This document shows, one piece after another, positions 19,595 to 29,256 of a DNA stretch of 64,000 nucleotides (position 1 is the first letter of the stretch; every line of letters starts with the position of its first letter). This DNA is from a virus. Below the pieces are notes generated by a model, which worked only from the letters and a program-made list of their open reading frames with translations, was not told the DNA's origin and made no database searches. The stretch lies in UHGV virus genome UHGV-0057547. One strand, 5' to 3'. A program made the position numbers and the translations under genes.

Positions 19595-20686
19595 CTATTT
19601 ATTATAATTTTTATATTCTTTAATTAGCTTCTTTGTATAATTAAATAAACTATTCGAATCTTTTCTTTGTATTTCAACATCATACCATTCCATAGGTGTT
19701 CTTGAATAAAAATCCCCAAACCCTCCTGGTGCAACATGACCATTATGTACTCCCATACCTATTTCAGTACCATAATATATGCATATATCATTATTTTTAA
19801 AAGAGAACATTATTTCTAAAGCTTGTTTTATTTTATTAATATCATGATTAAAACTTACAGATATTCTCGTTTGGTCGTGATTGTCTAAAAATATAACAGA
19901 CCTTTCTTCATTATTGTCAATAACTAAATGTTGTTTATTTATAACTGTGTTTTTAACCCATCCAGCTTCCTGGAAGTTAAATGTCTTCATACCTGTTTCT
20001 TTTGCATACATATCACTTATTTCAAAACTATCCCATGCTTCTCCTACAATATATGCGTTAGGTTTTATTGAATAAACCATATTACAGAACCATTTCCAAA
20101 ATTCAATCTTATCACCACTTGCAAAAATAATAGCATCAAGTCTAAAACCATCTACCTTATGTTCTAATAACCAAAATCTAATTACACTTTCAATCATTTC
20201 TCTAACTTTTTCAGATTGATTATTAAGTTGTGGCATTTGCTCTGACCAAGGGGCTAGATACCATTTTTTATTACTATAGCAGTATTTCCATTGGTTATTT
20301 ATTTGAACATCAGACCAAAAGTAGCAGTCATTTTTTCCTTCTATACTCTCTTGAAATAATTTATGATGATATCCGGTATGACATAAAACTAAATCTAATA
20401 ATACTTCTAAACCATTTTCATGTGCCTTTTTAATAAAATTATCAAAATCTTCTAAAGTCCCATATTGTTCTCTAATTTTAAAATATGAATCTACAGAATA
20501 CCCATGTTCATTATCAGATGGATGAATAGGAGTTAACCATAAAGTTGTAACTCCCAATTCTACAAAATAAGGTATTTTTTCAGTTAAATCTTTAAAATCT
20601 CTACAAAATGATGGAAAATATATTTCATATATCACTCTTCTTTTTTTATTCATTTTTTTCTTCACACTCCTTGATATAATCTTCAT
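19595..20686 (-). CDS. glycoside hydrolase family 13 (alpha-amylase catalytic domain)-like protein
   Basis: GH13 regions: DGFRLDAIIF (region II), IVGEAWD (region III), FLDNHDQTR (region IV). Confidence 0.6.
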   Translation of the reverse strand: MKIISRSVKKKMNKKRRVIYEIYFPSFCRDFKDLTEKIPYFVELGVTTLWLTPIHPSDNEHGYSVDSYFKIREQYGTLEDFDNFIKKAHENGLEVLLDLVLCHTGYHHKLFQESIEGKNDCYFWSDVQINNQWKYCYSNKKWYLAPWSEQMPQLNNQSEKVREMIESVIRFWLLEHKVDGFRLDAIIFASGDKIEFWKWFCNMVYSIKPNAYIVGEAWDSFEISDMYAKETGMKTFNFQEAGWVKNTVINKQHLVIDNNEERSVIFLDNHDQTRISVSFNHDINKIKQALEIMFSFKNNDICIYYGTEIGMGVHNGHVAPGGFGDFYSRTPMEWYDVEIQRKDSNSLFNYTKKLIKEYKNYNK

Positions 20687-22067
20687 AATACATCCATTTT
20701 AATTTTGTTCCATCTTTTAATTTACCAGCATGTTCTCTTTCACCATTACAACAACTAGAAATATTACTTTTTCCCATATTGAAATATTCTTCAGCTTCGC
20801 ATATAGAATCAAATTTTTTATCTATTGTTATACAATATACTTCTCGTGAACCATAATGATTACGACCTCTATTTTTATTATATCCTATCCTTTTACTTTC
20901 TTCTATTGTATAATCACATTTATCACATTCCACTCCTCTTTTTAGGAATTTTACAACAAGACTTCTATTTATTTTTAACATATCTCCTATTTTAACAACA
21001 TCATGTATTCCACTATTCCATAATTCCCAAGATTTAACACATAAGCTATTTTGACTTTCTTCCCATGCTAATTCCCAATCAATATTAGATAAATCAAAAC
21101 AATCACTAAGTTCTTTTATGATGTTTTCTTTTAACCAATTAAGTTCACTATATCTACAATCAATTGTAATATAATTATCAATATGATTTTTAGCACATTT
21201 ATATTTAAATAAGTCGTTCATTTTTGTTTCGTCTAATTTTCCCCAATTTCCTCCTGGTTGAACATAATGTTGTCCTCCATGTGTTTCTATTATCATATTT
21301 AAGCTAGGAATATAAAAATCATATTCATAATTATTACACCAAGTAAAATTTGTTTTTGATAAATGTAATATATAATCAATTTTCAATTGACTTAATATGT
21401 TTAGCATAAATTTTTCAGGTATGTTTATTCTATCTCCACATATATAACATGAATAACCTCTTTTTACTATATTAGACAAAAGTTTTTTATCTCGTGATAT
21501 TGCGTTACAATCTAAACATTTGAAATAAAACTTTCTATTACTATAACACGATATTTTATAACAATCTTCAAAAGTTAAGTTGTTTTTAGGTATCGCAATC
21601 ATCTTAGCTATTTTGGGATAGTTATAAGCTAAGGAATCCTTTGGATGAAGTTTATTTTGTTTTCTACAATAGCTACATCTATTTCCTTCATAAAAATGTG
21701 AGCAAGTAACACTGTATCCACCATAATCATTATGATAATCACATTTAAGACAATATAACCATATTTTCCTATTACTCCTTTTAGTAATCTGATAAGGATT
21801 AATTCCATTTTTATTATTTTTATCCCAATTCCAAATATCATTTATGTTTAATTTTAATTCTTTTTCTATATAATATCCTATAGTTTCTTCATATCTAATT
21901 GGATGTTTTACTGACCCATCTTTAAAATCTCTATAACTTCTATGCTTAATGATAACTCCATCTTCAAATTGAATACTTATATCTTGATTATTTATGTATT
22001 CTATTATAGTTATTTTCTCACCTTTTTTATTATAGTTGCTTTCTCCTACTCTATTTATTAAAGGCAT
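20646..22067 (-). CDS. Cys-rich hypothetical protein (multiple CxxC zinc-finger-like pairs; possible nuclease-like C-terminus)
   Basis: Numerous CxxC/CxxH pairs (e.g. CLKCDYH, CSYCRK, CLDCN, CYICG). Confidence 0.4.
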   Translation of the reverse strand: MPLINRVGESNYNKKGEKITIIEYINNQDISIQFEDGVIIKHRSYRDFKDGSVKHPIRYEETIGYYIEKELKLNINDIWNWDKNNKNGINPYQITKRSNRKIWLYCLKCDYHNDYGGYSVTCSHFYEGNRCSYCRKQNKLHPKDSLAYNYPKIAKMIAIPKNNLTFEDCYKISCYSNRKFYFKCLDCNAISRDKKLLSNIVKRGYSCYICGDRINIPEKFMLNILSQLKIDYILHLSKTNFTWCNNYEYDFYIPSLNMIIETHGGQHYVQPGGNWGKLDETKMNDLFKYKCAKNHIDNYITIDCRYSELNWLKENIIKELSDCFDLSNIDWELAWEESQNSLCVKSWELWNSGIHDVVKIGDMLKINRSLVVKFLKRGVECDKCDYTIEESKRIGYNKNRGRNHYGSREVYCITIDKKFDSICEAEEYFNMGKSNISSCCNGEREHAGKLKDGTKLKWMYYEDYIKECEEKNE

Positions 22068-22183
22068 TTATCATAATCGCTCCCTCCATTTATATTATTT
22101 ACTTATATTATACTATTACCATTATTAAAAGTCAACAATTATTAATAAAAAAATAGGAAGAAATTTATTCTTCCTATTTTTAT

Positions 22184-22276
22184 TCATTTAAACAAATCAG
22201 TTACAGCAAGTATAAAAATAAATAAACATATTGCGCATAAAACAATCGCTATTATCATACCTAATGTTTGTAACAT
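22184..22276 (-). CDS. small hydrophobic peptide (30 aa) MLQTLGMIIAIVLCAICLFIFILAVTDLFK
   Basis: Hand-translated; good RBS (AAAGGAGAA) upstream; paralog of 22291..22383. Confidence 0.45.
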   Translation of the reverse strand: MLQTLGMIIAIVLCAICLFIFILAVTDLFK

Positions 22277-22290
22277 CTTATTCTCCTTTA

Positions 22291-22383
22291 TTATCTAAAT
22301 ATTTCTGCTACACTAACTGCAAACATGAATAAACATCCAACACACAAAGCACTTACTACTATTGCACCTAATATTTGTAACAT
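22291..22383 (-). CDS. small hydrophobic peptide (30 aa) MLQILGAIVVSALCVGCLFMFAVSVAEIFR
   Basis: Hand-translated; RBS GAAGGAGAT upstream; paralog of 22184..22276. Confidence 0.45.
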   Translation of the reverse strand: MLQILGAIVVSALCVGCLFMFAVSVAEIFR

Positions 22384-22404
22384 ATCAACATCTCCTTCGT
22401 ATCA

Positions 22405-22572
22405 TTAATCTTCATTGTCATAAATAAATACTTGAATAAAACAATTACAATTTTTACATTCATAGGAATACACCATTCCATCGTATCCTCTAATTCCTTC
22501 ATCATATAATGTTTTCTCATCTACTAATTTTAATTCTCCATCACAGTTTATACATCTTTTGTTATTATTCAT
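22405..22572 (-). CDS. small zinc-ribbon protein (55 aa; CINC...CKNCNC)
   Basis: Hand-translated minus-strand ORF, not in the ORF track. Confidence 0.35.
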   Translation of the reverse strand: MNNNKRCINCDGELKLVDEKTLYDEGIRGYDGMVYSYECKNCNCFIQVFIYDNED

Positions 22573-22614
22573 TCTATCTTCTCCTATTTTGAAATTTTAT
22601 ATTATAACCTCCAA

Positions 22615-22776
22615 TTATTTTTGTTGCTTATTATTTTCATAGTATTTATAGTATTTACATGAGTATGCTCTATGAACATCGTAATTAATATTATGACCAT
22701 CTATATAACACAAATTTTTTACACTATAAAAACAATCTTTACAATTTTTAGTATGTGTTAATTCTTTTTCTTCCAT
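22615..22776 (-). CDS. small Cys-containing protein (53 aa)
   Basis: Hand-translated: MEEKELTHTKNCKDCFYSVKNLCYIDGH.... Confidence 0.3.
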   Translation of the reverse strand: MEEKELTHTKNCKDCFYSVKNLCYIDGHNINYDVHRAYSCKYYKYYENNKQQK

Positions 22777-22787
22777 AATATCACCAC

Positions 22788-23207
22788 CTATAAATTAGTA
22801 CTATCATAACTACCAAATGCTTTTACTTTTAAAATCAAATAATCTACTTCTGTCATTTTCATTTTATCTAAATACATAGAATAAAATTTTGTATTATTAC
22901 CATCTACTAAATATGTCACTCTCATATCAGCTATTCTATTTTTATCTTTTAATAATACTTTACCATTTATTTCTACGAATTGATTTCCTTCACTATCTTT
23001 ATAATAAGTGTAATTTAATTTTTGTATATATTTACTATATGCTTTATCTAATGTTGTATCTTTATTTATATTAGATTTTATATTTTTTACTGAATTAATT
23101 GCATTTACTTTTTCTTCATGTTTTTTGTAACCTACAATACTAGTTACTAAAGTTAAAACTATCAATCCTAACCCTATATATTTTTTTATCTTTTTACTTA
23201 TTTTCAT
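22788..23207 (-). CDS. secreted or membrane-anchored protein (N-terminal signal/TM)
   Basis: MKISKKIKKYIGLGLIVLTLVTSIVGY hydrophobic N-terminus. Confidence 0.45.
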   Translation of the reverse strand: MKISKKIKKYIGLGLIVLTLVTSIVGYKKHEEKVNAINSVKNIKSNINKDTTLDKAYSKYIQKLNYTYYKDSEGNQFVEINGKVLLKDKNRIADMRVTYLVDGNNTKFYSMYLDKMKMTEVDYLILKVKAFGSYDSTNL

Positions 23208-23390
23208 TTACATCTCTCCTTTAATCACCACTTTCATAAAATTATTTATCATTTGTTTATTTACTTATATTATACTATTGCTATTATTAAAAGTCAATGA
23301 TTATTGTAAAAAAATAGAAAGAAAATTATTCTTTCTATTTTTACTATTTTATTTTATAACATCTCAATCAATCATTTAACGTCACCTCTT

Positions 23391-24068
23391 TTAATATTTT
23401 ATAGCATTTTGCTTATTCATAAAGAAGTGTATTCCAGTTGAACATTCATTCCATCTATTCTCATCAAAATTATCTACTTTTACTATCTCTCCAACTTTAT
23501 ATATAAAATTAATATCATAGTCACTAGGGGTACTTTCTATTTTTTCACCAGTATCAATCTTTTCTATATCTAATACTTTAGCTTTATCACATCTACATTT
23601 AAGAGTTGTAGCACTATTTCTTTTGCTATCCTCCATTATTAGTAATTTAACAATATACTTTCCAACTTTCTTATACCCTATAAAACTACCTTCTTCAGGA
23701 CAAGCTAAATTATATCCTATAGTATACATATTTGTTTTAACATTATTTAAATTTGCATTATTTAAATTAGAGCTATATAAATTAGCATTATATAAACTAG
23801 CACCACTTAAATTAGCATTATATAAACTAGCACCACTTAAATTAGCACTATTTAAATTAGCACCACTTAAATCAACACCTCTTAAATTAGCACATCTTAA
23901 ATCGGCACTATTTAAATCGGCACTATTTAAATTAGCACATCTTAAATCAATATTATATAAATTAGCATATCTTAAATCAGCACCTCTTAAATTAGCACAT
24001 TCTCCACCTTCACCATTTAACCATAATTTATGATTTTTTAATATTTCATTTAATTTATTTATTTCCAT
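23391..24068 (-). CDS. pentapeptide-repeat protein
   Basis: About 20 tandem A(N/D)L..-type pentapeptides (ANLRGADLRYANLYNIDLRCANLNSADL...). The DNA-level tandem repeats are at 23750-23990. Confidence 0.8.
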   Translation of the reverse strand: MEINKLNEILKNHKLWLNGEGGECANLRGADLRYANLYNIDLRCANLNSADLNSADLRCANLRGVDLSGANLNSANLSGASLYNANLSGASLYNANLYSSNLNNANLNNVKTNMYTIGYNLACPEEGSFIGYKKVGKYIVKLLIMEDSKRNSATTLKCRCDKAKVLDIEKIDTGEKIESTPSDYDINFIYKVGEIVKVDNFDENRWNECSTGIHFFMNKQNAIKY

Positions 24069-24214
24069 TTAACATCTCTCCTTTTATTAATTTATTTAAT
24101 TATATTATACTATTGCCATCATTAAAAGTCAATTAATTTTCATAAAAAACTTTATATAATTTATATGTTTCAATCAAATCACGCTTTGATAATATTTCTT
24201 GAGGTGAATGCATG

Positions 24215-24985
24215 CTAATCATCATATTCTATTTCATATTTACACATAGCGTTATATAGTTTTTGTGGTATGAGTTCTATATATTCATTAGCTATTTTTC
24301 GTATGACCGATTCTTTATATTGTTTATAAGCCTGAAATGCTTCTTCTTGTGTAGGATATGTTCCTATAGTAGTCCATTTTTTGTAACCATTACTACAATA
24401 TGCTTGATAATTTCCTGAAGGTAATACACGTACACCTAATGGCAGTTCTCCTCTATTTCTTTTGCTATTAACAAATAAACTATTTATAGTTTGAGGTACA
24501 AATACACAAGTATCAGGACTGTATATTTTATTATTTTTAACTAATATATCTTTATCTAATGCCATATTCTTGGCATTATCTATTTCATAATAATTCTCCT
24601 CAAACCATTGAGCAAATATTTGGAAATTGCACCATTCGCCACACACCGTACATCCTATGTATGATGGTTCTTTTTGTTGAAATTTTTTATAATAGCACCT
24701 TTTTAGCATATTGTTCCATGTATTATATGCTTTTTTACTATTTAAAGAAGAATATATTCCTTCTCCCATGTATCCATGTCCCCATAAACGTGCTTCATAA
24801 GGACATTTTATGTTTCCAATATTAAATTCTTTATAGTCCGAATTGTATTTTGTCCAATTATATTCAGGAAAATAAACATCCATACTTCTTGAATTTTTAT
24901 ATCTTGTTATTATCATGACACTTCCAAAATTATTAGTTTTTTCTTCTCCTGTTCTATCTATTTTAGCTACCATATTTTTATACAC
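24215..24985 (-). CDS. homing-endonuclease-like protein with C-terminal AP2-type DNA-binding domain
   Basis: C-terminal NYQAYCSNGYKKWTTIGTYPTQEEAFQAYKQY resembles the AP2 domain common in phage HNH/GIY homing endonucleases. Confidence 0.45.
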   Translation of the reverse strand: MYKNMVAKIDRTGEEKTNNFGSVMIITRYKNSRSMDVYFPEYNWTKYNSDYKEFNIGNIKCPYEARLWGHGYMGEGIYSSLNSKKAYNTWNNMLKRCYYKKFQQKEPSYIGCTVCGEWCNFQIFAQWFEENYYEIDNAKNMALDKDILVKNNKIYSPDTCVFVPQTINSLFVNSKRNRGELPLGVRVLPSGNYQAYCSNGYKKWTTIGTYPTQEEAFQAYKQYKESVIRKIANEYIELIPQKLYNAMCKYEIEYDD

Positions 24986-24988
24986 CTC

Positions 24989-26605
24989 TTATTTATTACT
25001 TTCATAAAAAACTTTATATAATTTATATGTCTCATATAAATCACGCTTACTAATTGTTTCCATAGGGCTATGCATGGATGCCGTAGGCACACCAGCATCC
25101 ATTGTTTCCATTCCTCTTATTCCAAAGAACATAGCAACTGTTCCTCCACCAGTTTCACTAACTTTAGTTGTATCAACTTGATATTTTACATTATTATCAA
25201 CACATAAACCTTTAATATATTCTCTCATCTCTATACTTGCATCATTTCCTCGTTTTAATCCAGTAAATGGTACTAATGCAACACCATTACCACATACTGC
25301 TTTGGCACTATCTTCAAAGTGACTACTATAATTACTATCAAATCCACCAGTTACATCTGCACTAATTACCTTTGTATTTCTCATAAACTCTCTAGTCAAT
25401 AATGTATGTCCATTTGCTAAAATAAGAAATATATCATCTATAAATTGAGTTTCAGCACCACTCATTTGTCCACTTCCAGTTTCTTCATAAGCAGTGAATA
25501 AAGCTATCTTTGTTCTTTTATTAGGCTTGCTAGTTAATATAGCTTCTAATTCAGCATAAGCACAACTTTTATCATCATGTCCATAACCTAATAATAAATC
25601 TTTATCTAATCCCATTTCTAAAGTTCTAAAATAAGGTACAAAACTTAAATCAGCTAATTCAAAATTCTCTTTTGTTATTCCATATTCTTTTTCTAGCATT
25701 TCAAATAATTCTTCTTTATTTCCATTACTCATTCTTACTAATAATTTATCATAAGACAAGTCTTTCACTTCTTTTCTACCTCTTAAATGAGGCAATAAAC
25801 TAGTTATAGAAAATAAATATCCTTTTTCTCCAGTATTTATATATTTGATTTCATCATCTACTTTTATTTTTCCAACCATTACAAAAGGTCTATCCAACCA
25901 TAATTGTGGTATTATTCCTCCATATGGTTGTGTTTTTATAAATGTTCCATCATCATTAGATACAAATGGTTCACCTACTATAACATCTAATCTAGGACTA
26001 TCAATATGACTTACTATTAAATTAGCACCTTCTGATATATCTTCACCTACTTCTACTAAAGCTATCAATTTATCTCTAAATTCAAATATTAATTTATCTC
26101 CTACATTAAAGTGTTTATAATTATAAGTTTTATATCCCACATCTTCTGCTTTATCTTTTATATATTTTAATACTTGTGTTTCATGTAAGCCTTCTTCTAA
26201 TAAATATTTATATTCATCTATAAAATTATCCTCTTCATTATTATCTTGTGCCTTATATAATTCTTCTAATAAAACATCTAATACATCTCTATCTTTTTCT
26301 TCATCAATTATTTCTTTTAAGGTATCATATTTTATATCAGGAAGCCATTTTGAATACATAACATTATCTCTAAATATTATTTTTATTCTTGATTTTTTAG
26401 CTATAATAGATTTTGTGTTTAATTCATAAATCTTTTTCCATTGAGTTGGCAATTCTCTTCCATTCGACCAATAATAACCCAATTCTTCTAATGATATTAA
26501 TACTTGCTCAATAACTTCTTTATCATCATTAACTTCTATTATAACTTGTTTATCATTTTTTTTACTTAATTCCTCTATTAAACTTGTTATCCTTCTTATA
26601 CTCAT
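24989..26605 (-). CDS. M18/M42-like aminopeptidase-family protein with N-terminal extension
   Basis: C-terminal GGGTVAMFFGIRGMETMDAGVPTASMHSPMET resembles the C-terminal zinc-ligand region of the aspartyl aminopeptidase family. Confidence 0.4.
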   Translation of the reverse strand: MSIRRITSLIEELSKKNDKQVIIEVNDDKEVIEQVLISLEELGYYWSNGRELPTQWKKIYELNTKSIIAKKSRIKIIFRDNVMYSKWLPDIKYDTLKEIIDEEKDRDVLDVLLEELYKAQDNNEEDNFIDEYKYLLEEGLHETQVLKYIKDKAEDVGYKTYNYKHFNVGDKLIFEFRDKLIALVEVGEDISEGANLIVSHIDSPRLDVIVGEPFVSNDDGTFIKTQPYGGIIPQLWLDRPFVMVGKIKVDDEIKYINTGEKGYLFSITSLLPHLRGRKEVKDLSYDKLLVRMSNGNKEELFEMLEKEYGITKENFELADLSFVPYFRTLEMGLDKDLLLGYGHDDKSCAYAELEAILTSKPNKRTKIALFTAYEETGSGQMSGAETQFIDDIFLILANGHTLLTREFMRNTKVISADVTGGFDSNYSSHFEDSAKAVCGNGVALVPFTGLKRGNDASIEMREYIKGLCVDNNVKYQVDTTKVSETGGGTVAMFFGIRGMETMDAGVPTASMHSPMETISKRDLYETYKLYKVFYESNK

Positions 26606-26624
26606 TTAACATTTCTCCTTCTTC

Positions 26625-27280
26625 TTATTTATTATTCTCTATTCTATCTTTAGACATATTAAAATAATCCTTATCCAATTCTATACCTATAAAATTCCTA
26701 TTAGTCTTTAAACAAGCAACTCCTGTACTACCACTTCCCATTGTAAAGTCCAATACTAAATCATCTTCATTAGTATAAGTCTTAATTAAATATTCTAATA
26801 ATTCAACAGGTTTTTGAGTAGGATGGACACCACCTCTTCTCACCTTATTAAATTCAATTAATGTTATTGGATTTTTATATTCATATGTTTTTTTATATTC
26901 TTTTCCTTTACCCATACATTTAAAATCAGCATATGCACCTGCTTGAATATTGTTGCCACCACTTTTATAGGTTTTTCTCTTTTAATCATTTGTGGATAAT
27001 ATATTGTCTTTTCTCCATTTTTCGTAAATACACATATATCTTCAGTTTGTTGCATAGGTCTATATTTCGCATTTCCCATACCACTAGGTATTTTCTTATT
27101 CCAATCCCATCTATATTTAAATCCCTTTAAATTACTACATATTAAATTACTTGTAAATGGTTCATTCCCAAATAAACATATAGCCCCATTAGGTTTTATC
27201 AACTTATTTATTCTTTCCCACATTTCATTAAATGGAATTACACTATCCCATTTACATGTAGTAGTTCCGATTTCAACCAT
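26625..27280 (-). CDS. DNA methyltransferase (N6A/N4C beta-class), carried on two overlapping frames (26864..27280 N-terminal, 26625..26915 C-terminal). Frameshift within about 26864-27000
   Basis: C-terminal HPTQKPVELLEYLI...DLVLDFTMGSGSTGVA (motif I region) and NRNFIGIELDKDY. N-terminal part has a DPPY-like LFGNEPF and RPMQQTEDICVFTK. Both frames are open across the overlap. Confidence 0.6.
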
Positions 27281-27557
27281 ACGGAGGGTCAGTAAGTATA
27301 CAATCTACTTGTATATCATGTTCTATTAAATAATCCATTACTTCTAAACAATCTCCATTAAATAGAACACAATTAGAGTCTCCGTATGAATTGAAATCAC
27401 CTCCTTTAACTAAATCATTTAAATCTATCATATTAAATAATCACCTATCCTTTTCTTTATTATCTTATTTACTTATATTATACTATTATTCTTATTAAAA
27501 GTCAATAATTATTTAATAAAAAATAGGAAGAAATTTATTCTTCCTATTTTATTTACT

Positions 27558-28616
27558 TTATCTATTTTCTTTTATTAAATCTTTCATTTCTTCTATACAT
27601 AATTCTAATGCTTCGGCATTATCTTGTATTGCTTCATCTAATGTTCTTTGTACTCCTTCTGAATCAGTACCTAATGCTTTATTCATAATCAATATAGCCT
27701 TATCTCTTAATCCTAATTCAGCACATTCTCCACCTAATTTAACTACATCTTCTTTTATTTCATCTATATCTCTATACTTTTCTGTAAACTCTCCTATTGT
27801 AGCTTGTTTTCTTTCTGTTGTTATATTATCTTCACCAAAACCTTTTATTGCTCTTTCTACTTCTGTCCATACTTTCTTAGCACTATCTTTTTCATTTTTT
27901 TCTAATTCTATTTCTAATGGCATTCTTACATATTTATTAGTTTTGTTTTTACCAAAAGAAGTTTTACATTCATCAGTTACTAAAAATCTGTGAACTTTTC
28001 CTTCATCATCATATCTTTTATCTATAAACCAAACGTAATCCATTTCTTTTTTTAGTATATCTAAAATTCTTTTATTAGATTGTGGTTCATATCTTAAATA
28101 ACTATGTCCTTTATTATCAGTTAATTCTTCTACAGTAGCATGGCAAGTCCATACAATATTCCAACCAGCAGATTTTATAGGGTCAAATATTTCATCAAAA
28201 TATCTAGTTACTAAACCATAAGCACCATTCCATTTTTTTACTTCATCCATAAATTGTTTACCTGCTCTTGATAGTATATATGATTCTATATACGAACCAA
28301 CTTTAGTAGCAGTATCGACAATCAATGTTGAATATCCTAATTCTTCAATACTTTTTGGGTCAGATAAAACTTTTGACATTTCTTTTAAATCTTTAAATGA
28401 TGCAACTTCTATTTCATTTGCACAAAGACAAGCTTTTGCACCATATTCAGTAGCTAACATTAAATGTTTCCCTTCAAACATACCACTAACCAATGATGTT
28501 TTTCCACCATCAGGTAAAGAATAAACTAAATAAGAATATGAACGTGGGTCTATACTTACTTTTTTCTCTTTATTTTCTTGAGTTCTTTTTTTAATATCAT
28601 TTAAATTTAGTGCCAT
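27558..28616 (-). CDS. Sak4-like (AAA_24 family) phage recombination ATPase
   Basis: Walker A in YSLPDGGKTSLVSGM near the N-terminus, as in AAA_24/Sak4; adjacent to an SSB-like gene. Confidence 0.55.
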   Translation of the reverse strand: MALNLNDIKKRTQENKEKKVSIDPRSYSYLVYSLPDGGKTSLVSGMFEGKHLMLATEYGAKACLCANEIEVASFKDLKEMSKVLSDPKSIEELGYSTLIVDTATKVGSYIESYILSRAGKQFMDEVKKWNGAYGLVTRYFDEIFDPIKSAGWNIVWTCHATVEELTDNKGHSYLRYEPQSNKRILDILKKEMDYVWFIDKRYDDEGKVHRFLVTDECKTSFGKNKTNKYVRMPLEIELEKNEKDSAKKVWTEVERAIKGFGEDNITTERKQATIGEFTEKYRDIDEIKEDVVKLGGECAELGLRDKAILIMNKALGTDSEGVQRTLDEAIQDNAEALELCIEEMKDLIKENR

Positions 28617-28697
28617 TATACATCTCTCCTTTTTATTAACTTATTTACTTATATTATACTATCACTCTTATTAAAAGTCAATATTTATTTTTAAATT

Positions 28698-29171
28698 TTA
28701 TATTTCAAACATAATTTCTAATTCTAACATTTTATTCATTCTCAAAAGATAACCTAACGCATAGTCACCCATTTCAACCTCTCTCAAATTATCTTTTTCA
28801 TTTTTTATATATTCCCTTAAGTTATACATATTGATATAATATAATTTATCTACTTCTGATAAGTAGTAAAACATTACATCACACTTTGTTTTCTCAAAGC
28901 AACCTTTCGTTCCATAATGCTTATTACTTGTATATTCATATACTATATTTTTAGAAAGATGTGCTTGAGTATCAGTTTTTACTTCTATCTTTAATAAATC
29001 ACCATTTTTACAAATCAATATGAAGTCGACATCGTTATCTCTCCAAAATTTATCATCTCTAACATCTATTATATCTTGTGTAAAATTTTCTTTTTGTAAG
29101 TATTCTATTGTTTTTATCTCTCCTATTTCACCAGTTTTAAGGTCTATTATAAATTTATCGTTATTCCCCAT
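28698..29171 (-). CDS. possible PD-(D/E)xK-fold nuclease-like protein
   Basis: DVDFILI...LKIEVKTD resembles a D-(D/E)xK motif. Confidence 0.3.
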   Translation of the reverse strand: MGNNDKFIIDLKTGEIGEIKTIEYLQKENFTQDIIDVRDDKFWRDNDVDFILICKNGDLLKIEVKTDTQAHLSKNIVYEYTSNKHYGTKGCFEKTKCDVMFYYLSEVDKLYYINMYNLREYIKNEKDNLREVEMGDYALGYLLRMNKMLELEIMFEI

Positions 29172-29256
29172 AATCTCTCTCCATTATCCTATAAAAATAG
29201 AGATAGGAAATCAATCAGCTATCTCTATTTTTATTTTATATTATACTATTTTTATA

